NCBI GenBank assembly: GCA_949289505.1
Contig: CASEOP010000039.1
Location: 1-35,163, forward strand
Length of the DNA: 35,163 bases
Direction of reading: 5' to 3'
Source: an uncultured Mycoplasmatota bacterium
GTDB lineage: Bacteria > Bacillota_I > Bacilli_A > RF39 > UBA660
The stretch's first letter is position 1. The number at the start of each line of letters is the position of its first letter. The translations under genes were made by a program, and so were the position numbers. This document shows, one piece after another, positions 9,290 to 18,109 of the stretch. The notes below the pieces were generated by a model. It searched no databases. It was not told the origin of the DNA and worked only from the letters and a program-made list of their open reading frames with translations.

Positions 9290-9955
9290 ATGCACAAAGG
9301 CAAACTAATTGTAATAGAAGGAACAGATTGTTCAGGCAAGCAAACCCAAACTGATATTTTAGTAAATAACTTAAAAAAGCTAGGATATAAAGCCATAAGT
9401 TTTGGTTTTCCTAATTATGCTTCTCCAACAGGTAAAATTATAGGTGAAGCTTATTTAGGAAAGAATGGTTCTAGTTATTTTACAGAGGGTATTTTAAATG
9501 TTAATCCCAAAATATCTAGTCTTTATTATGCAGCTGATAGAGCTTATAATATTGAAATAATAAACAAATACCTTGAAAATGATTATATTGTCGTATTAAA
9601 TCGTTACGTAGAATCTAACATGGCCTTTCAAGGAGGTAAAATAAAAGATATTAAAAAGCGTAATCTAATGTATGAATGGCTTGATAATCTAGAGTTTGTA
9701 TTACTAGATTTACCACGTCCTGACTATGTATTGTTTTTATATTTGCCTTTTGAATTTGTTTGCACATTAAAAGAAAAAGAAGGGAAATCTGCTAATGTTA
9801 ACTTACTTCATTTAGCTGAAATAGCTTATTTAGAACTTGCTACAATTTACGAATACGAAAAAATAAATTGTTTAAAAAATAATGAATTTAGAAGTATAAA
9901 TGACATAGCCGATGAAATACTTGTAAAAGTAAAAACATATTTAGAAAAGGAGTAA
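9290..9955 (+). CDS. tmk: thymidylate kinase-like nucleoside monophosphate kinase (divergent)
   Basis: N-terminal P-loop [46 protein letters not shown] (in place of the DRY segment), and [12 protein letters not shown]. By eye the layout resembles eukaryote-type TMP kinases more than E. coli-type. Confidence 0.72.
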   Translation: MHKGKLIVIEGTDCSGKQTQTDILVNNLKKLGYKAISFGFPNYASPTGKIIGEAYLGKNGSSYFTEGILNVNPKISSLYYAADRAYNIEIINKYLENDYIVVLNRYVESNMAFQGGKIKDIKKRNLMYEWLDNLEFVLLDLPRPDYVLFLYLPFEFVCTLKEKEGKSANVNLLHLAEIAYLELATIYEYEKINCLKNNEFRSINDIADEILVKVKTYLEKE

Positions 9956-9960
9956 TAACA

Positions 9961-10983
9961 ATGAATTTAAGTGATTTTGATTATAATTTACCAGAAGAAT
10001 TAATAGCGCAAACTCCTATTACTAAAAGAGATGAATCTAAATTAATGGTTTTAGATAAAGAAACTGGCCAAATAAATCATCAGCATTTTCATGACATACT
10101 TAATTTGCTTAATAAAGGCGATGTTTTAGTATTAAATGATACAAAAGTAATACCTGCAAGATTAATCGGTACTAAACAAGATACTAATGCAGCAATAGAA
10201 TTATTACTTTTAAAAGATTTAGGAAAAAATATTTGGGAATGTTTATCAAGACCTGCCAAAAGGTTAAAAGTTGGGACTATAGTTAACTTTTCAAATAAAT
10301 TACAAGCTGAAGTAATCGAAAAAAAAGATGAAGGTATTGTTTATGTAAAATTAATTTATAAAGGTATTTTAATGGAAATACTAGATGAACTTGGAAATAT
10401 GCCTCTACCTCCATATATTCATGAAAACTTAAAAGATAAGGATAGATATCAAACAGTTTATGCTAAAAATATTGGAAGTGCTGCCGCTCCTACCGCAGGC
10501 CTACACTTTACAAAAGAGTTATTAAAAGAATTAGAAAACAAAGGAATCGAAATATTATTTATAACTCTTCACGTCGGTTTAGGCACATTTAGACCTGTAG
10601 AAACTGAAAACATTTTAGATCATCACATGCATAGTGAATTTTATGAAATGAGTAGTGATGTTGCTCTAAAATTAAATTTAGCTAAAAAAGAAAATAGAAA
10701 AATATATGCAGTAGGGACTACATCTGTAAGAACTTTAGAAACTATTATTCACAAATATGATAAATTTAAAGCATGTAGTGGTAATACCGACATCTTTATT
10801 TATCCAGGCTTTAGATTTTTAGCTATTGATGGCTTAATCACTAATTTTCATTTGCCAAAATCAACTTTATTAATGCTTGTTAGTGCTTTATCTACAAAAG
10901 AAATAATTTTAAATGCTTATAACGAAGCAATAAAAGAAAAATACCGTTTCTTTTCTTTTGGCGATGCTATGTTTATTAAATAA
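9961..10983 (+). CDS. queA: S-adenosylmethionine:tRNA ribosyltransferase-isomerase
   Basis: Contains [38 protein letters not shown] and [10 protein letters not shown]. Confidence 0.95.
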   Translation: MNLSDFDYNLPEELIAQTPITKRDESKLMVLDKETGQINHQHFHDILNLLNKGDVLVLNDTKVIPARLIGTKQDTNAAIELLLLKDLGKNIWECLSRPAKRLKVGTIVNFSNKLQAEVIEKKDEGIVYVKLIYKGILMEILDELGNMPLPPYIHENLKDKDRYQTVYAKNIGSAAAPTAGLHFTKELLKELENKGIEILFITLHVGLGTFRPVETENILDHHMHSEFYEMSSDVALKLNLAKKENRKIYAVGTTSVRTLETIIHKYDKFKACSGNTDIFIYPGFRFLAIDGLITNFHLPKSTLLMLVSALSTKEIILNAYNEAIKEKYRFFSFGDAMFIK

Positions 10984-11064
10984 CTAATTATATATTTTTC
11001 AGAATAGAGAAAAAACATATTGTTAAATTTTTAATTTTAAGATATACTAATGATAGGTGAGATA

Positions 11065-11208
11065 ATGATGAAGTTTTATGAAAAATTATTTATTTTAATT
11101 GTTTTATTTTTGGGAGTTACTATTGGTACTGCTGCTATAATTGGAGTATATAATAAAACAGTTAATCAAAATACCCCAAATAAAAATAATAGTTTAATCT
11201 TAGAATAA
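11065..11208 (+). CDS. small single-TM protein (47 aa), not in the supplied ORF track
   Basis: Hand translation gives MMKFYEKLFILIVLFLGVTIGTAAIIGVYNKTVNQNTPNKNNSLILE. The RBS aggtga lies just upstream. A TTGTTA-17-TATACT promoter-like pair sits at 11020-11048. Support comes from a short ORF only. Confidence 0.45.
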   Translation: MMKFYEKLFILIVLFLGVTIGTAAIIGVYNKTVNQNTPNKNNSLILE

Positions 11209-11211
11209 CTA

Positions 11212-11562
11212 TTATTTTTTTATTACCTCTTTAGCTGCATTTCCATAAGCTCTAATAAGTCCACCAGCCCCTAATTTAATACCTCCAAAATATCTTACAA
11301 CCGCTATTAAAGTATGATTTAAATTATTTTTTTCAATGATATTTAAAATAGGCATACCACTAGTACCAGCAGGTTCTTTATCATCTATTTTTTTAATATC
11401 ATTATCTATTTTATAAGCATAAGGTATATGGCGAGCTTTTTTATGTTCCTTTTTTAAATCATTAATAATACTTATTACTTCATCTTTAGTGTATACTTCA
11501 AAGTAATAAGCAATAAACTTAGATTTTTTAATTTCCAAAGTAAAAATATTCAATAATTTCAT
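11212..11562 (-). CDS. IMPACT/YigZ-family N-terminal domain protein (116 aa)
   Basis: Contains KKSKFIAYYF, ARHIPYAY, EPAGTSGMPIL, and VVRYFGGIKLGAGGLIRAYGNAA (UPF0029 signature). It is only the N-terminal domain length. RBS aggtg. Confidence 0.8.
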   Translation of the reverse strand: MKLLNIFTLEIKKSKFIAYYFEVYTKDEVISIINDLKKEHKKARHIPYAYKIDNDIKKIDDKEPAGTSGMPILNIIEKNNLNHTLIAVVRYFGGIKLGAGGLIRAYGNAAKEVIKK

Positions 11563-11621
11563 AACAACACCTAATTTTATTATACTAAAAAATGTAGTAT
11601 AATAAAAGAGTGGTGAAGATT

Positions 11622-13391
11622 ATGCTTAAAGATAAATTAAAACTTATTCCTCATTTACCAGGAAGCTATCAAATGAAAAATAGTGATGGCATAATTATAT
11701 ATGTTGGAAAAGCCAAAGATTTAAAAAAAAGAGTTAACTCTTATTTTAATCGTCCTCAAACAGGTAAAACGGCGAAAATGGTAAGTGAGATAGCTGATTT
11801 TTCTTATATAGTAGCAAGTAGTGAATTAGAAGCTTTTTTACTCGAATTTAATTTAATCAAGCAATACGACCCTAAGTATAACATTTTATTAAAAGATGAC
11901 AAAAGTTACCCCTACATCGAATATATAAATAAACCATACCCCAAACTTCAAGTATCGCGTTATTTAAGTATTAGAAAAAAAGATAAAAAAATGCTTTTTG
12001 GCCCATATCCTAATGCTTATGCCGCCAGAAAAATTGTCGCTTTAATAAACCGCTTATATCCTTTAAAAAAATGTCAAATTATGCCTAAAAAAGTATGTTT
12101 ATATTATCATATTGGTGAATGTTTAGGCTATTGTGAAAAAAAAGTTGATCAAGAAAAGCTTAATATGATGGAAAGTGAAATACTCAGCTTTTTAAGAGGA
12201 AATGCCGATATATTAAAAAATAAAATTTTAGAAAAAATAAATACATATAGTGAACAACTTAATTTTGAAATGGCTTTAGAATTAAAAAAAGAATTAAATT
12301 ATATTAGCATTGTTTTAGATAAACAAAAAATGGAATTACATGATTATGTTAATAGAGATATTGTCGGCTTTTATTTTGATAAAGGCTATTTAAGTATACA
12401 AATACTGTTTTTAAGAAATGGAAGAATGGTTGGAGGTCATACTGATATATTTCCTGTTATCACTAGTTATCAAGACGAACTTGAAACATATTTAATGAAT
12501 TTCTATAGTAGACATGAAGTACCTAAAGAAATACTTTGTACTAGTGATACTAATAATATAGTATTAAGTGAAATACTTAAAACAAACTTTGTAGTACCCC
12601 TTAAAGGTAAGAAAAAAAACTTAGTAGATTTAGCTATTAAAAATGCTAAAATAAACTTAGAAAATGAACTTGAAATTGTTATGAAAAATGAAGAAATTAC
12701 GGAAAAAGCCAATGATGAATTAAGAGAGTTACTTAATTTAAATAAGCTAGATAGAATTGATTTATTTGATAATTCCAATTTATTTGGCACTTTTACAGTT
12801 AGTTGTATGGTTGTATTCAAAAACGGTAAACCAGCTAAAAAAGAATATCGCAAATACAAAATTAGTTTAGAAAAAAATGACGATTATCATACAATGCAAG
12901 AAGTTATATATCGAAGATATTATAGAGCATTAGTAGATAAACTAGAGCTACCTGACTTAATTATTGTAGATGGAGGAATAAATCAAATAAATGCCTGTAT
13001 GGAAATACTTAATAATTTAAATTTAAACATTAGAGTATGTGGTTTAAGAAAAAATAATAAACACCGTACTAACGATTTAATAGATTCATACGGTTATAGA
13101 ACTATTCCCCTTGATAAAACAAGCAATGTTTTCCATTATTTAACAAGAATGCAAGATGAAGTTCACCGTTATACCATAAGTTATCATCGAGCAATTAGAA
13201 GTAAAGGCGCTATAAGCAGTATTTTAGATAATATTGAAGGTATAGGAGATAAAAGAAAAAAGGAATTAATTAAAGAATTTGGAAGTGTAACCAAAATTGA
13301 AAATGCAAGTCTTGAAGAATTAACTAAAATTATTCCTGAACACATAGCAATTAGATTACAAGAGTATTTAAAAGAAAAAAAGAATAAATAG
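11622..13391 (+). CDS. uvrC: excinuclease ABC subunit C
   Basis: GIY-YIG domain (PGSYQMKNSDGIIIYVGKAKDLKKRVNSY), a UVR domain (FEMALELKKELNYI), the endonuclease V-like region, and C-terminal (HhH)2 IEGIGDKRKKELIKEFGS. I prefer the ATG at 11622 over the GTG at 11610. Confidence 0.95.
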   Translation: MLKDKLKLIPHLPGSYQMKNSDGIIIYVGKAKDLKKRVNSYFNRPQTGKTAKMVSEIADFSYIVASSELEAFLLEFNLIKQYDPKYNILLKDDKSYPYIEYINKPYPKLQVSRYLSIRKKDKKMLFGPYPNAYAARKIVALINRLYPLKKCQIMPKKVCLYYHIGECLGYCEKKVDQEKLNMMESEILSFLRGNADILKNKILEKINTYSEQLNFEMALELKKELNYISIVLDKQKMELHDYVNRDIVGFYFDKGYLSIQILFLRNGRMVGGHTDIFPVITSYQDELETYLMNFYSRHEVPKEILCTSDTNNIVLSEILKTNFVVPLKGKKKNLVDLAIKNAKINLENELEIVMKNEEITEKANDELRELLNLNKLDRIDLFDNSNLFGTFTVSCMVVFKNGKPAKKEYRKYKISLEKNDDYHTMQEVIYRRYYRALVDKLELPDLIIVDGGINQINACMEILNNLNLNIRVCGLRKNNKHRTNDLIDSYGYRTIPLDKTSNVFHYLTRMQDEVHRYTISYHRAIRSKGAISSILDNIEGIGDKRKKELIKEFGSVTKIENASLEELTKIIPEHIAIRLQEYLKEKKNK

Positions 13392-13399
13392 GAGGATAA

Positions 13400-14515
13400 A
13401 TGGAAAAATTAATTGAATTAACGAAAGATGATAGCATTTTAGTCTCTAGCAAAATAGAAAAATATTTAAAGCCCGACAAAGTATATTTACCAGTAAATCA
13501 AAATAAAATATTAGTTAATCCTAAAACTCTAGTTAAAATTGGTGATGAGGTAATTGAAAATGTTTTATCCCCTATATCCGGTATAGTTCAAGGCTTAAAA
13601 AAACTTACTTCATATGATGAAACTGGCTATTTTCTTGAAATTATTAATAATTATGAAGAAAGAAGCAAAAATAATATTGGTTTTAAAAATAAATTAACTA
13701 AAGAAAAATTACTAAAATTCATAAATTTAACTTCTAAAACTACTTTAGTATTAAATGCAATTGATGATGAAGTATATGTTTTAACTCAAAATTTTTATTT
13801 ATCTTTATATTATGAAGAATTATTAGAACTATTAGATGAAATAAATAAACTTATAAAATTAGAACATATATATATATGTCTTAAAGCCAGTAGTAGTGCC
13901 AACATAAACAAATTAATGAGTGATCTAGGAATGTACCCTGATATAGAATTAATAACAGTTCCCAACTTATATTTGCTTGGTCAACCCACATTTTTATTAA
14001 AATATTTAAATTTAGAAGCAAGTAAAACTTGTATAATTAACGCTGAAGATTTTTATGATTTATATAATTACTTAAAAAGGGGAAGAATAAAAAGCGAAAA
14101 ACTAATTACTTTAAGTGGCAATGCCCTAAAAAATCCCATGATAGTTCAAGTAAAAATAGGAACATTGTTAAAAGATATTTTAAATGAATTAATTATTTAT
14201 AATTGTAAAGATGTTTTATATTTTGCTAATGGAATTATGAGTGGACATAATATATCTATAGAAAACTTTGTTATAACAAATAATTTAAGTAGCATCTTAA
14301 TTATGGCAAATTATTCACCCAAAAAAGAAGGAAAATGCCTAAATTGTGGTGCATGTATAAATATATGTCCAGTTCATTTAAACCCTTTGTTATTTTCTAA
14401 CGAAAAATATTTAAAAAAAGCCCAAAAAGAATGTCTAAAATGTGGCTTATGTTCATATATTTGTCCTGTATATATTAATTTTAACAAGTTTTTGAAAGGA
14501 GATCAAAATGATTAA
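13400..14515 (+). CDS. RnfC-like iron-sulfur protein, degenerate (371 aa)
   Basis: N-terminal barrel-sandwich-like segment (VKIGDEVIENVLSPISGIVQGL) and an SLBB-like segment (KLITLSGNALKNPMIVQVKIGTLLKDIL...ANGIMSG). Two 4Fe-4S motifs are present: CLNCGACINICPV and CLKCGLCSYICPV. I could not find the Gly-rich GGAGFP-type nucleotide/flavin-binding motif. Confidence 0.7.
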   Translation: MEKLIELTKDDSILVSSKIEKYLKPDKVYLPVNQNKILVNPKTLVKIGDEVIENVLSPISGIVQGLKKLTSYDETGYFLEIINNYEERSKNNIGFKNKLTKEKLLKFINLTSKTTLVLNAIDDEVYVLTQNFYLSLYYEELLELLDEINKLIKLEHIYICLKASSSANINKLMSDLGMYPDIELITVPNLYLLGQPTFLLKYLNLEASKTCIINAEDFYDLYNYLKRGRIKSEKLITLSGNALKNPMIVQVKIGTLLKDILNELIIYNCKDVLYFANGIMSGHNISIENFVITNNLSSILIMANYSPKKEGKCLNCGACINICPVHLNPLLFSNEKYLKKAQKECLKCGLCSYICPVYINFNKFLKGDQND

Positions 14516-15389
14516 AATTCCTTTTTTACATTATTCTAAAGACAAAAAGAGTTTAATAAAAAGCTATTATACAGCTTTAATTCCTCTTGTTTTATTTAGC
14601 CTTTATAAAAATGGTATATTATTATATCAACACAAATATATTTCTTTTTTAGATATCTTTGTTCCTCTTTATTTTTATTTTATAAGTATTGTTATTGGCA
14701 TAATAGTTGCTCATATCAATAAATTTAATAAAAAAGAATTTATCTTATATAGTCTTATTTTAAGTTGCAGTATATCTATAAATACCAATATGATTATTTA
14801 TCCTATTGGTTTATTTGCTAGTTTATTTATAACATCTTATTTAAAAAGAAAAAAAGAATTTAATATGTTAGCATTAGTTCGACTATTTTTAGGTCTAATA
14901 TTATTATTAAATAGTTATTCATATCTAAATATTAGTGAAAAAATAAATGCTTTTAATTACAGTTATTTTGACTTATTTTTAGGGTTTAATACCAGTGGAA
15001 TAGCAACTAGCAGTTTATTTTTAATATTAATTAGTTTTATAATATTATCATTTAACAAATTTTATAAAAAGTATATTGCTCTAAGTGCTAGTGCTAGTTT
15101 TCTTTTCCTATCACTAATGATATTTTTTATTAGTCATAATCCTCTTTATTTAAATAACCTAATTAATGGCTCAGTTTACTATGGTTTTATATTTGTAGCT
15201 AGTGATCTTTTTACTACCCCAAATAATAAAACAGGTATGATTGTATACGGTTTTCTTATTGGAGTTTTAAGTGCAATGCTATCCTTATTTATTCCTATAT
15301 ATGAAGTAAGTTACATAAGTATATTACTAATTAGTTTATTTATATTAAAAATTAATAATCAAACGAATAAAAAATATTTACAATTTTAA
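14508..15389 (+). CDS. RnfD/NqrB-like polytopic membrane protein, degenerate (293 aa)
   Basis: About 8-9 TM segments. NTSGIATSSLFLILISF resembles the GSIGETS-plus-helix segment, and VASDLFTTPNNKTG resembles the (A/M)TDPxT(S/T)P motif of the RnfD/NqrB family. Translationally coupled to the RnfC-like gene (8-nt overlap, RBS aaaggag). Confidence 0.55.
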   Translation: MIKIPFLHYSKDKKSLIKSYYTALIPLVLFSLYKNGILLYQHKYISFLDIFVPLYFYFISIVIGIIVAHINKFNKKEFILYSLILSCSISINTNMIIYPIGLFASLFITSYLKRKKEFNMLALVRLFLGLILLLNSYSYLNISEKINAFNYSYFDLFLGFNTSGIATSSLFLILISFIILSFNKFYKKYIALSASASFLFLSLMIFFISHNPLYLNNLINGSVYYGFIFVASDLFTTPNNKTGMIVYGFLIGVLSAMLSLFIPIYEVSYISILLISLFILKINNQTNKKYLQF

Positions 15390-15415
15390 AGTTATGTGCT
15401 ATATTAGTTCCATTC

Positions 15416-15462
15416 ACTCGTAAAAATCTTATTTTCAGAATAAGCTTTTTTACGAGTTTTTC
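15416..15462 (+). terminator. strong rho-independent terminator
   Basis: ACTCGTAAAAA.CTTATT-TTCAG-AATAAG..TTTTTACGAGT forms a long stem with one small internal mismatch, followed by TTTTT. Confidence 0.78.
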
Positions 15463-15483
15463 TCTATCTAGAAAAGGAAAAAT

Positions 15484-17478
15484 ATGAGAAATATTATTAA
15501 ATTTTTATTATGTATAAGTATATTTTTTATAGCAAAATCAAATGTTATAGCAGAACAAAATTATATATATTTAGGAGATGTAATTCCTGATATAAAACTA
15601 TATTTAAAAACAGATAAAGTAGAAAAATATAAAAATATGTATGAAATTATTAATCGAGACACTAACGAATTAGTATATTGTATCGAACCTGGGGTATCTT
15701 TAAAAGATGGATATTTTAAAGCCTATCAAGGAGTAGAATTAATAGATTATGATTTAGGCATAACTAATGATGATTGGAATTATTTAAGGACTATTGCTTA
15801 CTTTGGATATGGGTACCAAGAAAGAAATGATATAAAGTGGTATGCTGCAACGCAATTTATTATTTGGGAATACTTACTAGAAGGTAAAGGTGAAATTTAT
15901 TTTGTTGATGAATTTAATAATAAAACCAATTCTTTAAATATGGAAATAGAAACTATCAAAGATGATGTTAATAGGTACTTTTTATTACCGTCATTTTTAG
16001 ATGGCACTGTAAAAAACGTTAAATATAATGAATCAATTACTTTAATAGATGAATACAATGTTCTTAAAGACTGTAATATTTATAATAATAATTTAGATTA
16101 TAAAATCGATGGAAATAAAATAACTATTAATTTTAATTTAGCAGGTAACAATGAAATAAACTTTGTTAAAAGTATTAACGAATCTAGTATACCTAAAATA
16201 TTTTACAGTCCAACTAATCAAACCGTTATAAATAAAGCCATCATTAAAACTCCCTCTAAACAATTAAAATTTTATATTGCCAATCCTAGCTTCACTTTAA
16301 TTAAAACCACTGATGGTGATTATAACTTACCTCTAGAAGGGGCCAAATATGGAATATATTATGAAGATGGTACACTATACCAAGAAATAACCACTGATAA
16401 TACAGGTAAAGCAATCTTAGAACAAATAGCTTTAGGCAAATACTATGTAAAAGAAATTATCCCTCCATATGGTTATGAACTAAATAATGAAAAAATATAT
16501 TTTGAAGTTAAAGATGATGTTATCTTAAAAACGGTGGATAAACCAATTACGAAAGATATAACTATCGAAAAATATTTAGAAAACAAAGATGGTAGTATAT
16601 CTTTAGAATCTAATGCTACCTTTATGCTTTATGATGAACATAATAACTTAAAAGAAACTTTTACCACGGATATTTATGGTAAATACACATTATCTTTAAC
16701 CTATGGATTATACACATTAAAGCAAATAACAACCCATCCTAATTACACTTTAACAAATGATATAACTCTAGATATAAACAAAAATACCGAAAATAGGATA
16801 ATAATTAAAAATAAGCAAAAAACAGGTTCATTAAACGTTTTAAAAAAAGATAAAATAACTAATGAACTAATTAAAGACGAAATGAGTTTTAAAATATTTG
16901 ATATCACAAATAACAAATATTATAATAATGGGGAAATATTTAAAACTTTAGATGGCTCTATCATAATCAATGATATACCTTATGGCAATTATTATATTGA
17001 AGAAATTAAAGCTCCAAGTGGCTACTACCTTACTGATGAACAATTAAAATTTAAAATTAATAATGAAGAAATAATAGAACTAAATTTATATAATGACCCC
17101 ATTAAAGGTAGCATTAAAATAGAAAAATTAGCAGAAGATAATTTAAAACCAATTGAAAATGTAATATTTGGTTTATATGACTCTAATAAAAAATTAATAA
17201 ATGAATATAAGACTAATAGTAACGGTGAAGTTTTAATAGAAAATCTATTAGAGGGAATATATTACCTAAAAGAATTAAGTACCCCTAAAGAATATCATAT
17301 ACTAGAAGGTTATACTAAAATAGAAGTTAAGAACAATGTTTTAAATGAGTTAAAAATAACCAATAGACTAAAAATAGAAATACCTAAAACTGGAACTAAT
17401 GAATTATTACTATCTTTAATTTTTAGCAGTTTTTGTTTAATTATTGGTCTAATAATATGTAATTATGACAAAAATTAA
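15484..17478 (+). CDS. sortase-anchored surface adhesin: thioester (TQXA-type) domain plus 4 SpaA/CnaB-type repeats
   Basis: Signal peptide MRNIIKFLLCISIFFIAKSNVIA. Thioester-type motifs LVYCIEPG (Cys66, nt 15679-15681) and WYAATQFIIWEY (Gln124). Four repeats of about 90 aa each end in G(K/L/N/I)YY(V/I/L)KE..P.GY-like strands. C-terminal sorting signal IPKTG (nt 17380-17394), then a hydrophobic helix and NYDKN. Confidence 0.85.
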   Translation: MRNIIKFLLCISIFFIAKSNVIAEQNYIYLGDVIPDIKLYLKTDKVEKYKNMYEIINRDTNELVYCIEPGVSLKDGYFKAYQGVELIDYDLGITNDDWNYLRTIAYFGYGYQERNDIKWYAATQFIIWEYLLEGKGEIYFVDEFNNKTNSLNMEIETIKDDVNRYFLLPSFLDGTVKNVKYNESITLIDEYNVLKDCNIYNNNLDYKIDGNKITINFNLAGNNEINFVKSINESSIPKIFYSPTNQTVINKAIIKTPSKQLKFYIANPSFTLIKTTDGDYNLPLEGAKYGIYYEDGTLYQEITTDNTGKAILEQIALGKYYVKEIIPPYGYELNNEKIYFEVKDDVILKTVDKPITKDITIEKYLENKDGSISLESNATFMLYDEHNNLKETFTTDIYGKYTLSLTYGLYTLKQITTHPNYTLTNDITLDINKNTENRIIIKNKQKTGSLNVLKKDKITNELIKDEMSFKIFDITNNKYYNNGEIFKTLDGSIIINDIPYGNYYIEEIKAPSGYYLTDEQLKFKINNEEIIELNLYNDPIKGSIKIEKLAEDNLKPIENVIFGLYDSNKKLINEYKTNSNGEVLIENLLEGIYYLKELSTPKEYHILEGYTKIEVKNNVLNELKITNRLKIEIPKTGTNELLLSLIFSSFCLIIGLIICNYDKN

Positions 17479-18010
17479 AATATTTAGTTTTAGTCTTATA
17501 ACTATTGCTTTACTACTACCTTTAATTAAACATTTACAAATCAAAATTTATGATTACAAATCCAATTTAAAAGTTGAAGAAAAAATAGTTAACCATGATT
17601 ATTACTTGATATTAGAAATAAACAAAATAAATTTAAAAAAGGAAATACACCCTATAAATAGTAAAGAAAACAACGTAAATAAAAACATTATGCTCCATAA
17701 AGACTCAACTTTACCCAATAATGAAATAAGCAATGTTATTTTAGCAGGCCATTCAGGTAATGGTCTTAACGCTTATTTTAAAGATTTATATAAATTAAAT
17801 TTAGGTGATGAAGTAAACATATATTATAAAAATATAATTTACACATATGAAATAAAAAAAATAGAATATCAAGCTAAAACTGGGGAATTATATCTTCTAA
17901 ATAATTACCCTAAAATGCTTACTTTAATCACTTGTACCCATAACGATAAAACCAAGCAAACGATCTATTATTGTGCTTTAAAGAGTCAAAAAAGGATAGA
18001 AAATAACTAA
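17465..18010 (+). CDS. sortase-family transpeptidase (small, 181 aa)
   Basis: N-terminal TM anchor, catalytic His context VILAGHSG, and TLxTC motif LTLITCTH. It overlaps the adhesin gene by 14 nt. Confidence 0.85.
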   Translation: MTKIKIFSFSLITIALLLPLIKHLQIKIYDYKSNLKVEEKIVNHDYYLILEINKINLKKEIHPINSKENNVNKNIMLHKDSTLPNNEISNVILAGHSGNGLNAYFKDLYKLNLGDEVNIYYKNIIYTYEIKKIEYQAKTGELYLLNNYPKMLTLITCTHNDKTKQTIYYCALKSQKRIENN

Positions 18011-18109
18011 AAATGCAGATTTTTAAAAGAAATTTGTATTTTTTTAAAGGAATTTTAAAGGGTAGAGGTAATATATATATTTAGAAGTCCTAAATAAAGG
18101 GGTGAGTAA

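Noticed and set aside
12503-12859. 118-aa minus-strand ORF inside uvrC
   Set aside because: Antisense shadow ORF with Ser/Leu-rich low complexity and no RBS.
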